From contig DASTKX010000032.1 in NCBI GenBank assembly GCA_035715585.1, positions 2,192 through 66,191 of the forward strand: a stretch of DNA of 64,000 nt. The letters run 5' to 3'. This DNA comes from Thermoleophilaceae bacterium (lineage in GTDB: Bacteria; Actinomycetota; Thermoleophilia; Solirubrobacterales; Thermoleophilaceae). The notes beneath the pieces were generated by a model that ran no database searches, was not told the origin of the DNA, and worked only from the letters and a program-made list of their open reading frames with translations. This document shows positions 54,375 through 64,000 of this stretch, piece after piece; position 1 is the stretch's first letter; each line of letters opens with the position of its first letter. The translations under genes and the position numbers were made by a program.

Positions 54375-56606
54375 TTGATGCAGTCACCTGTCGACAGCGA
54401 GCCGGGACCTGCGCAGGGAAGAGTGTGGCTGCTGGCCGAGGAGCGGTCGAAGCGCGAGCTGGTGTTCGACTTCCCCTTCGACGAGGATCTCAACGAGGCG
54501 GTCAAGGAGTTGCCGGGGCGCTGGTTCGACTGGCGTCGCAAGCACTGGCGCGTGCCGGCGGACACCGGTTCGGCCAAGGCGGTCGGGGACCTGCTCGCGC
54601 AGTTCCCGGAGCTGGTCGTCGAGCCCGACGTCGTCGCCTGGCTGACCGACTCGGACCGCTGGCAGGCGCTCGTCTCGGTCGTGATCCACGCGGGGGCGGG
54701 GGCGTTCGTCGTCCGCACGGTCGCGGGCGATCCGCCGGCTAGCGGCCTCGAGGGCGGGATCGCGACCGGCGAGGACCGGCTCGTGTTTCCGTTCGACCCG
54801 GCCAGCGCGGCCCGCCTGTCGCGGCTCGACGGCGCGCGGATCGATGACCTCGCCCAGGCATGTATTCGCCAGCTCGCCGCCGGCGGCACGCCCGCGCCGG
54901 CCGAGCTGGGCGTCGAGATCGGCGAGGACGGCGAGCCCGAGCTGACGCTCTTCACGGTCTGGGACCCAACCGTCGCGCGCGACTTCAAGCGGCTGCCCGA
55001 GGCGAAGCCCGTTCCGCGCAGCGCGCGCGTCTTCAACCGCGACGCGGCCTGGGGCGTCGCGGTCCCGGCCGATCCCGCGCTCGCCCAGGATCTCGCCGGC
55101 TTTGTCGCCGGCCACCCCGGCGTGCGGCTCGACGAGCGCGCCCGCGATCTGCTCGACGAGATCGTCGCCGAGCACGAGCGCGCGTCGGAGACCGTCGCGC
55201 TCTCCTACGCCGACGACGCCGAGCTGCGCGACCTCTCGCTCGGCGGCGAGCTGCACCCGTTCCAGCGGGCCGGCGTCCGCTATGCGCTCGCGCGGCGGCG
55301 CACGTTCATCGCCGACGAGCAGGGGCTCGGCAAGACGGTCCAGGCGCTCGCCACGCTCGAGGCCGACAACGCTTTCCCGGCGATCGTCGTCTGCCCGGCG
55401 AGCATGAAGCTGACCTGGGAGCGCGAGGCCGGCATCTGGCTGCCCGAGCGCCGCGTCGCGGTGCTCGACGGGCGCACCGACTCGACGTGGGGCGGGGAGA
55501 CGGCCGACGCCGAGATCGTCGTGCTCAACTACGACATTCTCGAGGCCCATCTGCGCCGGCTGCTCGACCACGCGCCGCGTGCTTTGATCCTCGACGAGTC
55601 GCACTACGTCAAGAACCCGCGCGCCGGCCGTACCAAGGCGGCGCTCGAGCTGGCCGCCGGATTGCCCGACGACGCGCTGCGCCTCGCGCTGACCGGCACG
55701 CCGATCCTCAACCGCCCCGACGAGCTGATCGCCCAGCTGCGCGTGCTCGGCCGGCTGCGCGAGTTCGGCAGCGGCGCGCGGCTGTCGCGCCGCTTCCGCG
55801 CCGCCGGCGCCGACGACCGCCTGCACTGGAACCTGCGCGCGGTCTGCTACGTCCGCCGCACCAAGCAGCAGGTGCTGCCGCAGCTGCCGTCCAAGCGTCA
55901 GGACACGGTGCCGGTGCTGCTCTCCAACGAGCACGAGTACCGGCTCGCCGAGGAGGACGTGATCGCCTGGCTGCAGACGCTGCCGCTCGACCTCGGCACG
56001 CTCGACGCGAAGATCGCCGCCGCGCTGCGCGCCGAGCAGCTGGTGCGGCTGAACAACCTGCGCCAGCTCGCCGCGCGCGGCAAGCTGCCGACCGCGCTCG
56101 CCTGGATCGCCGACTTCCTCGAGTCGGGCGAGCCGCTGGTCGTCTTCGCCGAGCACATCGCGACCCAGAAGGCGGTGCTCGAGCGCTTCCCCGACGCCGT
56201 CCACATTCTCGGCGCCGACTCGACCCAGGCCCGCCAGCGCGCCGTCGACGCCTTCCAGGAGGAGGACGGCCCGCAGCTGATCGTCTGCTCGATGCGCGCC
56301 GCCTCGCAGGGCATCACCCTGACCCGTGCCTCGAACGTCGCCTTCCTCGAGCTCGACTGGACCCCCGCCCGCCACGACCAGGCCGAGGACCGCCTCCACC
56401 GCATCGGCCAGGACAGCGCCGTCACCGCCTGGTACCTGCTCGCCCCGAACACGATCGACGAGACGATGGCCGAGCTCCTGCAGCGCAAGCGCAGCCTGAT
56501 CGACGCCGTCACCGACGGCCGGGTCCAGAACGAGGAGCGCCTCGTCGACGCCGTCGTGCGCGAGCTGCGCGGCCGGCCGTTCAGGCACCTGCGCGTCGTC
56601 GCCTGA
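54375..56606 (+). CDS. SNF2-family helicase with N-terminal HARP-like domain (annealing-helicase-like)
   Basis: LHPFQRAGVRYAL, DEQGLGKT, LILDESHYVKNP, helicase-C block. The N-terminus VFDFPFDEDLNEAVKELPGRWFDWRRKHWRVP resembles the HARP pattern. Confidence 0.85.
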   Translation: MMQSPVDSEPGPAQGRVWLLAEERSKRELVFDFPFDEDLNEAVKELPGRWFDWRRKHWRVPADTGSAKAVGDLLAQFPELVVEPDVVAWLTDSDRWQALVSVVIHAGAGAFVVRTVAGDPPASGLEGGIATGEDRLVFPFDPASAARLSRLDGARIDDLAQACIRQLAAGGTPAPAELGVEIGEDGEPELTLFTVWDPTVARDFKRLPEAKPVPRSARVFNRDAAWGVAVPADPALAQDLAGFVAGHPGVRLDERARDLLDEIVAEHERASETVALSYADDAELRDLSLGGELHPFQRAGVRYALARRRTFIADEQGLGKTVQALATLEADNAFPAIVVCPASMKLTWEREAGIWLPERRVAVLDGRTDSTWGGETADAEIVVLNYDILEAHLRRLLDHAPRALILDESHYVKNPRAGRTKAALELAAGLPDDALRLALTGTPILNRPDELIAQLRVLGRLREFGSGARLSRRFRAAGADDRLHWNLRAVCYVRRTKQQVLPQLPSKRQDTVPVLLSNEHEYRLAEEDVIAWLQTLPLDLGTLDAKIAAALRAEQLVRLNNLRQLAARGKLPTALAWIADFLESGEPLVVFAEHIATQKAVLERFPDAVHILGADSTQARQRAVDAFQEEDGPQLIVCSMRAASQGITLTRASNVAFLELDWTPARHDQAEDRLHRIGQDSAVTAWYLLAPNTIDETMAELLQRKRSLIDAVTDGRVQNEERLVDAVVRELRGRPFRHLRVVA

Positions 56607-56612
56607 GGCCTT

Positions 56613-57161
56613 CTACTCCGCGCAGTGCTTGGCGGCGATCAGGTCGACGGTGCCCTTGGTGCGCATCGTCGACAGGCCGCCGATCAGCTTGGCGATCGTC
56701 TTTAGGTCGAGCTCGGAGTCGAGCGTGCCGCCGCTCGGCAGCCAGTAGAGCTCGCTGCCCTCGATCGCCAGCCGGTCCTTGTCGCTGGAGTGGGCGAGGA
56801 CCTCCGCGACGGTCTTCGCCTTCGGCTTCGAGGCGAGCAGGATCACCTGGAGCTTGCCCTTCGAAGCCTCGACCTGCTTGGCGGGAAACGGCTCGTGGGC
56901 GGCGATCGCGCATGTCTCGGCGGCGTCGCGCAGGAAGACCGGCACGGCGTAGCCGAGCGCCTGCTCGAGGCCCTGCTCGATCTTCGCGGCGATCTCGGCT
57001 CGCCTGTCGCCGTCGGGCGCGTCGAAGATCACGTTGCCGCTGGCGCGGAACGTCGCGGCGTCGGGCAGGCCGATCTCGTCGAAGGCGGCGCAGAGCTCGG
57101 CGTTCGTGATGCGGTGCCCGCCGACGTTCATCCCGCGCAGGAAGGCGACGTAGCGAGTCAT
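56613..57161 (-). CDS. DUF1697 family protein
   Basis: ATG at 57161 inside ORF 56613..57932. MTRYVAFLRGMNVGGHRITNAEL is a typical family N-terminus. Confidence 0.8.
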   Translation of the reverse strand: MTRYVAFLRGMNVGGHRITNAELCAAFDEIGLPDAATFRASGNVIFDAPDGDRRAEIAAKIEQGLEQALGYAVPVFLRDAAETCAIAAHEPFPAKQVEASKGKLQVILLASKPKAKTVAEVLAHSSDKDRLAIEGSELYWLPSGGTLDSELDLKTIAKLIGGLSTMRTKGTVDLIAAKHCAE

Positions 57162-58174
57162 GACGCGAGGAACCGTGCCAGATCGGCGGCGTCGGCCTCG
57201 AGCGCCTCGCGGTCGGCGGCGCGTAGGCGGCCGAACGGCGCCAGCTCGACTCTGCCCTTCGGCATCGTCCAGGTCGCGACGGCGCGGCCACCGACGAGCG
57301 CGATCGCCTTGAAGATGCCGTTGACGGTGACGACCGAGACGTTGTCGCCGAGGATCGGCTCGCGCGACGTCCAGCCGAGCAGCAACGGCTCGAACGGGCC
57401 GAGCAGCCTTGGCGGGGGAAGCTCGGCAGCGGCCTGGGGACGCTTGGCGAGGTCGACGAGGCCGTCGTCGCGCTGTGTCAGCTGCGGCGCGATCGTCTCC
57501 AGCCCGGCCCGTGCGTCGCGTAGCGGCAGGCCTGCCCAGCGGGCGAGGTCGCGGTCGCTCGCCGGGCCGTGGCCGGCGAGGTAGCGGCGCGCCAGCTGTG
57601 CGAGCGCGCGATCGCGATCGACCGGCGGCGGCTCGCCGAGCCAGTCGGTCACCAGCACGTGTGCCTGCTGCTTGCCGACCATCGGACCGCGCACCGTCAG
57701 GCCGCGCAGGCTGGCGAGCAGCAGCACGTGGAGCAGCGCCTGTCCGGCGGTCGCGCCGGCCGCGGACGCCACGTGCTCGCGCAGCTGGTCGCGTGTCTGC
57801 GGGCCGTTCTCGGCCAGCGCGCGCTCGATCGCCGCCACGCCGCGCTCGGCGGCCGCCGGGCTGACGCCCTCCTGCTCGAGTCGCCGCGCGTTGGATGTCA
57901 GCAGCGTCGGCGCCGTCAGCGCATGCAGCCACGGGTAGTCCGCGGCGCGGATCAGATGCAGCGTGCCGCGGTTGACCCAGGTGATCAGCAGCGAGCGGTC
58001 GGCCAGGGCACGGTCGACGTCCGAAACCGCCAGGCCGCTCGTGCGCGCTCGCACGGCGAGCCGCGCCCCACGCAGATCCTGACCCTGGATCGCGAGCAGT
58101 CGCTCGGCGACCGCCACCGGATCGCGTGCCGGTGGCCCGGCGAGCAGCTGCGCGGTCAGGCGTTCGGCGATCAC
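57158..58174 (-). CDS. Winged-helix DNA-binding protein, YcaQ/AlkZ-like (DUF1006) family
   Basis: GTG at 58174 inside ORF 57158..58552. ERLLAIQGQDLRGARLAVRAR...ITWVNRGTLHLI... The stop overlaps the DUF1697 start (ATGA). Confidence 0.7.
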   Translation of the reverse strand: MIAERLTAQLLAGPPARDPVAVAERLLAIQGQDLRGARLAVRARTSGLAVSDVDRALADRSLLITWVNRGTLHLIRAADYPWLHALTAPTLLTSNARRLEQEGVSPAAAERGVAAIERALAENGPQTRDQLREHVASAAGATAGQALLHVLLLASLRGLTVRGPMVGKQQAHVLVTDWLGEPPPVDRDRALAQLARRYLAGHGPASDRDLARWAGLPLRDARAGLETIAPQLTQRDDGLVDLAKRPQAAAELPPPRLLGPFEPLLLGWTSREPILGDNVSVVTVNGIFKAIALVGGRAVATWTMPKGRVELAPFGRLRAADREALEADAADLARFLAS

Positions 58175-58203
58175 GGGCTGATCATCGCCCAGCAGGTGCG
58201 CGG

Positions 58204-58968
58204 TCAACCGTCGAGGATCGCCACAGCGCGGGTCGGCCCGGCGCTGCCGCCGACGACCTTCAGGGGGAAGCAGGCGACGGTGAAGCCGGTCGGCGGCAGC
58301 TCGCCGAGGTTGAACAGCCGCTCGATCTGCGAATAGGCGAGCCCGGCCTGATGCGCGGCCCAGAAGATCCCCGGCTCGCCACGCCGCTTGGCCTCCTCGG
58401 CCTGCATCCACAGCGGCGCGTCCCAACCCCATGCGTCGATCCCCATCACCCGTACGCCGCGGTCGTAGAGCCACTGCGTCGCCTCGGCGGTCACTCCTGG
58501 CCCGAGCGCCATGTAGCCCGGCTCGTCGTAGAAGGCGTCGCGGCCGGTCCACACGAGCACGATGTCGAACGGCTCCAGCTCGTGGCCGATCCGCTCCAGC
58601 TCGGTCTCGACCTCAGACGCGGTGACCGCGTCGCCATCGGCCTTCGCCGTCATGTCGAGCACCACGCCCGGTCGGTAGAACCAGTCGAGCGGCAGCTCGT
58701 CGATCGACTGCGCCCGCCTGCCGTCGATCGTCGAGTTGTAGTGCCACGGCGCGTCGACGTGGGTCGAGCTGTGGGTGCCGAAGTTCGTGAACGTCTCGAC
58801 GGTCCAGCCCTCGCCATCGCGCAGCAGGTCCGGCGTGACGCCCGTCAGCGTCTCGATGTCGCGCGCTCCGCCGGCATGGTCGGTGTAGGCGATGTCGGTC
58901 CGCAGCTGCTCCGGCAGCTCGGCTGGATCCTGGCGGATCGGGGCGGACAGGTCGACGATGCGCGGCAT
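58204..58968 (-). CDS. Cyclase family protein (kynurenine-formamidase-like fold)
   Basis: FGTHSSTHVDAPWH metal-binding motif. 254 aa. Confidence 0.85.
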   Translation of the reverse strand: MPRIVDLSAPIRQDPAELPEQLRTDIAYTDHAGGARDIETLTGVTPDLLRDGEGWTVETFTNFGTHSSTHVDAPWHYNSTIDGRRAQSIDELPLDWFYRPGVVLDMTAKADGDAVTASEVETELERIGHELEPFDIVLVWTGRDAFYDEPGYMALGPGVTAEATQWLYDRGVRVMGIDAWGWDAPLWMQAEEAKRRGEPGIFWAAHQAGLAYSQIERLFNLGELPPTGFTVACFPLKVVGGSAGPTRAVAILDG

Positions 58969-59993
58969 CAGGCCGGGATCTCGTCCGGCAGGCCGAAGCG
59001 GCGGAAGGCGCTCGGCTCCACGAAGCCCATGATCTCGACGATCTCCGACCCACGCAACGTCAGCACCTGGAGGACCGTGGGCAGGTGCGTCTCCTGCTCG
59101 ATGTCCCAGCTGTAGGTCCCGAACGCGATCTGGCCGTTGGCGCGCGTTGGGATCACCTTCACGCGTCGGCGGCCGATCGCCTCGTACACGCGGCCGGAGA
59201 ACGCCCAGTCGCGGATGAAGACGAGCACGTCGTCGATGCCGCGGAACCAGGTCGGCATCGGCGGCATCGCGAGCACCGCGTCCTCGGCGAGCATCGCCGC
59301 CACGGCGTCGACGTCGCCGCGCTCCCAGGCGTCGGCGTAGGCCTCGACGATCTCACGCAGCCGATCGTCGCCGAGCGTGCGCAGCGTCTCCTGCTGGCTC
59401 TGCTCGGGCAGAGCCAGCTCGTCGACGGCCTTGCGCGCCCGCTGCAGCGCGCTGTTGACGGCCGCCTCCGTGGTCTCGAGCGTCGCCGCCACCTCGCGCG
59501 CCGAGAAGCCGAGCACCTCGCGCAGGATCAGCACCGCTCGCTGGCTCGGCGGCAGGTGCTGCAGCACGGCGATGAACGCGAGCTCGACGCCCTCGCGCTG
59601 CTCGTAGCGCGCCTCCGGCGACGCGAGTCCGTCGGCCATCCCGAGCTGGGCGTCCGGATAGGGCTCGACCCAGATCGACTCGACCAGCGGCGCGCCCGGA
59701 CCATCGTGCGGATCGGTCGCCGGCCCGTGATCGAGCGGCAGCACCTTCTTCTCCGGCCGTCGGTCGATGATGTCCAGCGACGTGTTCGTCGCGATCCGGT
59801 AGAGCCACGATCGCAGCGAGCTGCGCCGCTCGAACTTCGCCATCCCGCGCCAGGCGCGCAGCAACGCCTCCTGCAGCGCCTCCTCGGCGTCATGCGCCGA
59901 TCCGAGCATCCGGTAGCAGTGCGCCAGCAGCTCCGGTCGATGAGGCTCCACCAAGCGCCGGTACGCGCTCTCGTCGGTTGGCGCGTCAGCCAT
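58968..59993 (-). CDS. ECF-type sigma-70 factor with fused C-terminal SnoaL/NTF2-like domain
   Basis: Region 2 LLAHCYRMLGSAHDAEEALQEALLRAWRG...WLYRIATN; region 4 QRAVLILREVLGFSAREVA. C-terminal extension of about 150 aa (EAYADAWERGDVDAVAAMLAEDAV...). The stop overlaps the cyclase ATG. Confidence 0.85.
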   Translation of the reverse strand: MADAPTDESAYRRLVEPHRPELLAHCYRMLGSAHDAEEALQEALLRAWRGMAKFERRSSLRSWLYRIATNTSLDIIDRRPEKKVLPLDHGPATDPHDGPGAPLVESIWVEPYPDAQLGMADGLASPEARYEQREGVELAFIAVLQHLPPSQRAVLILREVLGFSAREVAATLETTEAAVNSALQRARKAVDELALPEQSQQETLRTLGDDRLREIVEAYADAWERGDVDAVAAMLAEDAVLAMPPMPTWFRGIDDVLVFIRDWAFSGRVYEAIGRRRVKVIPTRANGQIAFGTYSWDIEQETHLPTVLQVLTLRGSEIVEIMGFVEPSAFRRFGLPDEIPA

Positions 59994-60013
59994 GCCGGTC
60001 AGACTAGAGCGCG

Positions 60014-60301
60014 ATGGCAGGCGAACGCCCGCGCGGCGGCGAAGCTTTCGGGATGGCCTACGTTTACCTGCTGCGCTGCGCCGACGACAGCCTCTACTGC
60101 GGCTGGACGACCGACGTCGAGCGGAGGGTGGGGGAGCACGGCGCGGGCACGGCGAGCCGCTACACGCGCAGCCGTCGCCCGGTGGCGCTGGCGGCGGTGT
60201 TCGAGGCCCCAGATCGCTCGGCGGCGCTGCGCGAGGAGGCGCGGATCAAGCGGTTGCCGCGCGCCGAGAAGCTGGCGCTGATCGCCGCGTCGGCGGCCTA
60301 G
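60014..60301 (+). CDS. GIY-YIG nuclease family protein (UPF0213-like); start may be the ATG at 60053
   Basis: AYVYLLRCADDSLYCGWTTDVERRVGEH...YTRSRRPV. Confidence 0.8.
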   Translation: MAGERPRGGEAFGMAYVYLLRCADDSLYCGWTTDVERRVGEHGAGTASRYTRSRRPVALAAVFEAPDRSAALREEARIKRLPRAEKLALIAASAA

Positions 60302-60756
60302 CGACCGAGTCGGCGAAGCAGATCGCGGGCGACGTGGGAGAGGGGATCGATCAGCTCCCGTGTCTCGGCCACGCCCTGACGCAGCTCGATGTCGCCGACC
60401 TCGATCAGCATCGGCGAGTCCTGCAGCGTCGCGAGCTTGCCGCCGGCGGCGGCGATCGCGTTGACCGCCTCGCCGATGAATCCGATCGCGCCGGTCGAGG
60501 GACGCCCGGGCTCCTGAGGCTCGAAGGACTCCGCCTCCAATCCGGCCCGTTCCGCGAACGCGGCATAGGTCCGCTTCGCCCGGCCGTAAGCCCGCTGAAC
60601 CGGTCCGAACAGCTCCTCCTCGAGCTTGTCCGCCGACATCACGTCGAGCTGCTCGTAGGCGGCGCCCAGAGCCGCCAGCGCAAACCCCAGCTCGTCGATC
60701 GCGTCGGCGAGCGCCTCCAGCAGCTCCTGACGTCCCTCGGCGGTGGTGTAGGCCAT
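60298..60756 (-). CDS. Hypothetical helical protein (152 aa)
   Basis: ATG at 60756 in the 3' part of ORF 60298..61527: MAYTTAEGRQELLEALADAIDELGFALAALGAAYEQL... No recognised motif. Confidence 0.5.
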   Translation of the reverse strand: MAYTTAEGRQELLEALADAIDELGFALAALGAAYEQLDVMSADKLEEELFGPVQRAYGRAKRTYAAFAERAGLEAESFEPQEPGRPSTGAIGFIGEAVNAIAAAGGKLATLQDSPMLIEVGDIELRQGVAETRELIDPLSHVARDLLRRLGR

Positions 60757-60831
60757 ACGGCGGACAATATGCCTAGCCCGTCGGTGGTGCGAGGTTGAAC
60801 ATCGCACCGAACGGTCATTGAGCTTGGAGGC

Positions 60832-61440
60832 ATGGGGTTCAACGGGACAGCTGGAAGGGCGATCGCGCCGCTGCTCGGCGCGTTGCTGTTGTCCATCGCG
60901 GCATGTGGCGATCGGGACGGTGGGGGAAAGAGCATCGAGGTCGTCGGCGAGGGATGCCGGGACGAGGATGGGCGCGAGGCCCTGAAGCCCTATTCGCTCG
61001 GCGGGGAGTTCGAGGGCCTGGCGCTCGAGACGGTGCTGCTGCACTGCAACGGTCGCGCTCGGGGCGACACCATCTCCTTCATCTACGGAGACTGCGAGCT
61101 TCCAGAGGGCGGCGAGGGCGGCTGCGCGACACCGCTGCAGGTCCAGGTCTGGCGAGCCTGCGCGCGAACGTACCGCGACTATGAGCCCGGCAACCGCCCG
61201 CCCCTGTCGAGGCGGAGAGGCGTTCCGGTCGCCGACTCCGGTCGCCAGATCGAGGTCTACACCGACTCGACGATCGTGATCTTCGCCGACGACCCGAGTC
61301 TCGCACGGCGGGCTGTATCCGGTCTCCGGCCGATGCGGCGGGGTGGCGATCCAACTCGCGTGCCCGCAGCCGTAACGCCGGACCAGAAGCTTCCACGACC
61401 ACCGCCTGGCGCGCTCGAGAACACGCTGAAGTGCACCTGA
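60832..61440 (+). CDS. Lipoprotein, function unknown
   Basis: Signal plus lipobox LLGALLLSIAACG. Cys-rich mature part. Confidence 0.55.
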   Translation: MGFNGTAGRAIAPLLGALLLSIAACGDRDGGGKSIEVVGEGCRDEDGREALKPYSLGGEFEGLALETVLLHCNGRARGDTISFIYGDCELPEGGEGGCATPLQVQVWRACARTYRDYEPGNRPPLSRRRGVPVADSGRQIEVYTDSTIVIFADDPSLARRAVSGLRPMRRGGDPTRVPAAVTPDQKLPRPPPGALENTLKCT

Positions 61441-61460
61441 CGGACTGTTAGCGCAACGAG

Positions 61461-61484
61461 AAAACCCCGCCGGAGCGGGGTTTT
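61461..61484. terminator. Bidirectional intrinsic terminator (aaaaccccgc-cgga-gcggggtttt)
   Basis: Perfect 10-bp stem flanked by an A-run and a T-run. Lies between the convergent lipoprotein gene and tRNA-Gly. Confidence 0.75.
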
Positions 61485-61490
61485 CGGAGG

Positions 61491-61564
61491 AGCGGCTGAT
61501 GGGATTCGAACCCACGACCTTCTGCATGGCAAGCAGACGCTCTAGCCAGCTGAGCTACAGCCGC
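61491..61564 (-). tRNA. tRNA-Gly (anticodon GCC)
   Basis: The reverse complement gcggctgtagctcagctggctagagcgtctgcttgccatgcagaaggtcgtgggttcgaatcccatcagccgct folds as a cloverleaf. Acceptor gcggctg/cagccgc; anticodon stem tctgc/gcaga with loop ttGCCat; T-arm gtggg-ttcgaat-cccat; discriminator U. Confidence 0.9.
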
Positions 61565-61750
61565 GCGAGCGGCGAGTATAGCCACGGGGACCCGAGATGG
61601 GATGGGTCGCAATTCGCGGCGCGGCGGCGCCTCGTGTTAGTTGTATAGGGCGTTTGCCGCGAACCGCGCACGGGCGCCGAACCGTCGGCCGCCCAGCCGC
61701 CTGACGGTCCGGTACCGTCTTCGGTCCCCCGTAGCGCCGCAGCGCCAGGA

Positions 61751-63595
<1,845 letters not shown>

Positions 63596-63600
63596 CGCCG

Positions 63601-64000
63601 TTATTGAGCTTGGCCGGGGCGGTCTGCCCCGGCCAAGTGGTCGCCCGCTGCTGCACCAGAATCGAACCGGTTTGGCATCCGCGTCGCGTCGTTGCGGTTC
63701 CCGCTTCTGCGCCGCATGCCGCTAGTCGCGGTCTTACCTCGGCTCCACGGGCCTTGAGCATGTCCGTGTGCCCCACGGTCACGTAGTAGCCGCTCTCCTT
63801 CCCGCCGGATGTTGCGTGCGGCGTTGAGGTCTCGGTCATGGGTATGGCCGCAGCTTCCACAGCGCCATTGCCGCGTAGAGAGGGGAAGTGGAGCGGGAGA
63901 CGACTCAGCGCAGAGTGAGCAGAGTCTGGTCGACGGAAAGAACCGATCGACGGTCACGACGTGCTTCCCCTGCCAGAGTGCCTTGTAGCGGAGCTGATGG
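63601..64000 (-). CDS. tnpB: IS200/IS605-family TnpB (OrfB) C-terminal part; N-terminus lies beyond the right window edge; possibly frameshifted tail
   Basis: The frame is open to position 64000 ([32 protein letters not shown]...[26 protein letters not shown]). This is the OrfB zinc-ribbon CxxC...CxxC plus the RD.NAA.NI RuvC-III block. Confidence 0.8.
   Translation of the reverse strand, partial: HQLRYKALWQGKHVVTVDRFFPSTRLCSLCAESSPAPLPLSTRQWRCGSCGHTHDRDLNAARNIRREGERLLRDRGAHGHAQGPWSRGKTATSGMRRRSGNRNDATRMPNRFDSGAAAGDHLAGADRPGQAQ
63609..63637. other. Perfect 12-bp GC-rich hairpin (cttggccggggc-ggtct-gccccggccaag) between pckG and the tnpB 3' end
   Basis: Read directly. It could be a terminator-like structure, an IS200/IS605 subterminal hairpin, or part of the omega-RNA scaffold. 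Confidence 0.6.

Larger units (their letters stand above)
63596..64000 (-). mobile_element. Right-end portion of an IS200/IS605-type (IS1341-like) element abutting pckG; partial
   Basis: The tnpB 3' end plus a subterminal hairpin start 5-14 nt after the pckG stop. The boundaries are not determinable from this window. Confidence 0.6.

Noticed and set aside
54384-57109. 734-aa minus-strand ORF (54384..56588) and 749-aa plus-strand alternative-frame ORF (54860..57109)
   Set aside because: Both overlap the SNF2 helicase gene, whose frame carries motifs I, II and helicase-C. The alternatives are Arg/Ala/Pro-rich shadows.

Overview
Very GC-rich (about 70% by eye, not computed), densely coding bacterial chromosome segment. 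Many adjacent genes have overlapping start and stop codons.

From about 15.9 kb to 52.5 kb the gene order is: ribD-ribE-ribBA-ribH, rpmB-yloV-recG, rsmD-coaD-yceD-rpmF-plsX-acpP-rnc-smc-ftsY, ffh-rpsP-KH-rimM-trmD-rplS-lepB-rnhB-yraN-comM-dprA, then xerC. As far as I recall, this matches the conserved core synteny of Actinomycetota. The host is therefore probably an actinobacterium, perhaps Thermoleophilia- or Rubrobacteria-like. That placement is inference only.

The first 14 kb is an envelope glycan-modification locus: a GT2, a UPF0104 flippase-like protein, two GT-C-like proteins, two alkaline-phosphatase-fold enzymes, a methyltransferase, an FAD oxidoreductase and a GH6-like protein. The last 12 kb holds accessory-looking modules:
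- a FliA/WhiG-type sigma factor plus a STAS protein
- a Zn-ribbon protein, a 68-aa protein, RNase HI and a HARP-like SNF2 helicase
- an operon of ECF sigma, cyclase, YcaQ-like protein and DUF1697
- a GIY-YIG protein, tRNA-Gly and pckG
- the 3' part of an IS200/IS605-type tnpB that runs off the right edge

No rRNA genes or CRISPR arrays were seen.

The signals I consider most worth a second look:
1. A structured repeat unit of about 150 nt, present three times. Two copies form a 330-bp palindrome between yceD and rpmF, upstream of the gene string that encodes RNase III. The arms differ by compensatory base-pair changes.
2. The truncated TnpB element abutting pckG.
3. The translationally coupled RNase HI / annealing-helicase-like module.
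4. The ECF-sigma-led operon that contains a YcaQ/AlkZ-like protein.
5. Catalytic-residue substitutions in the GH6-like and 'sulfatase' proteins.
6. A rib operon with no recognisable FMN riboswitch but a perfect 16-bp palindrome at ribD.

All family assignments come from reading motifs in the supplied translations. No database search was run.
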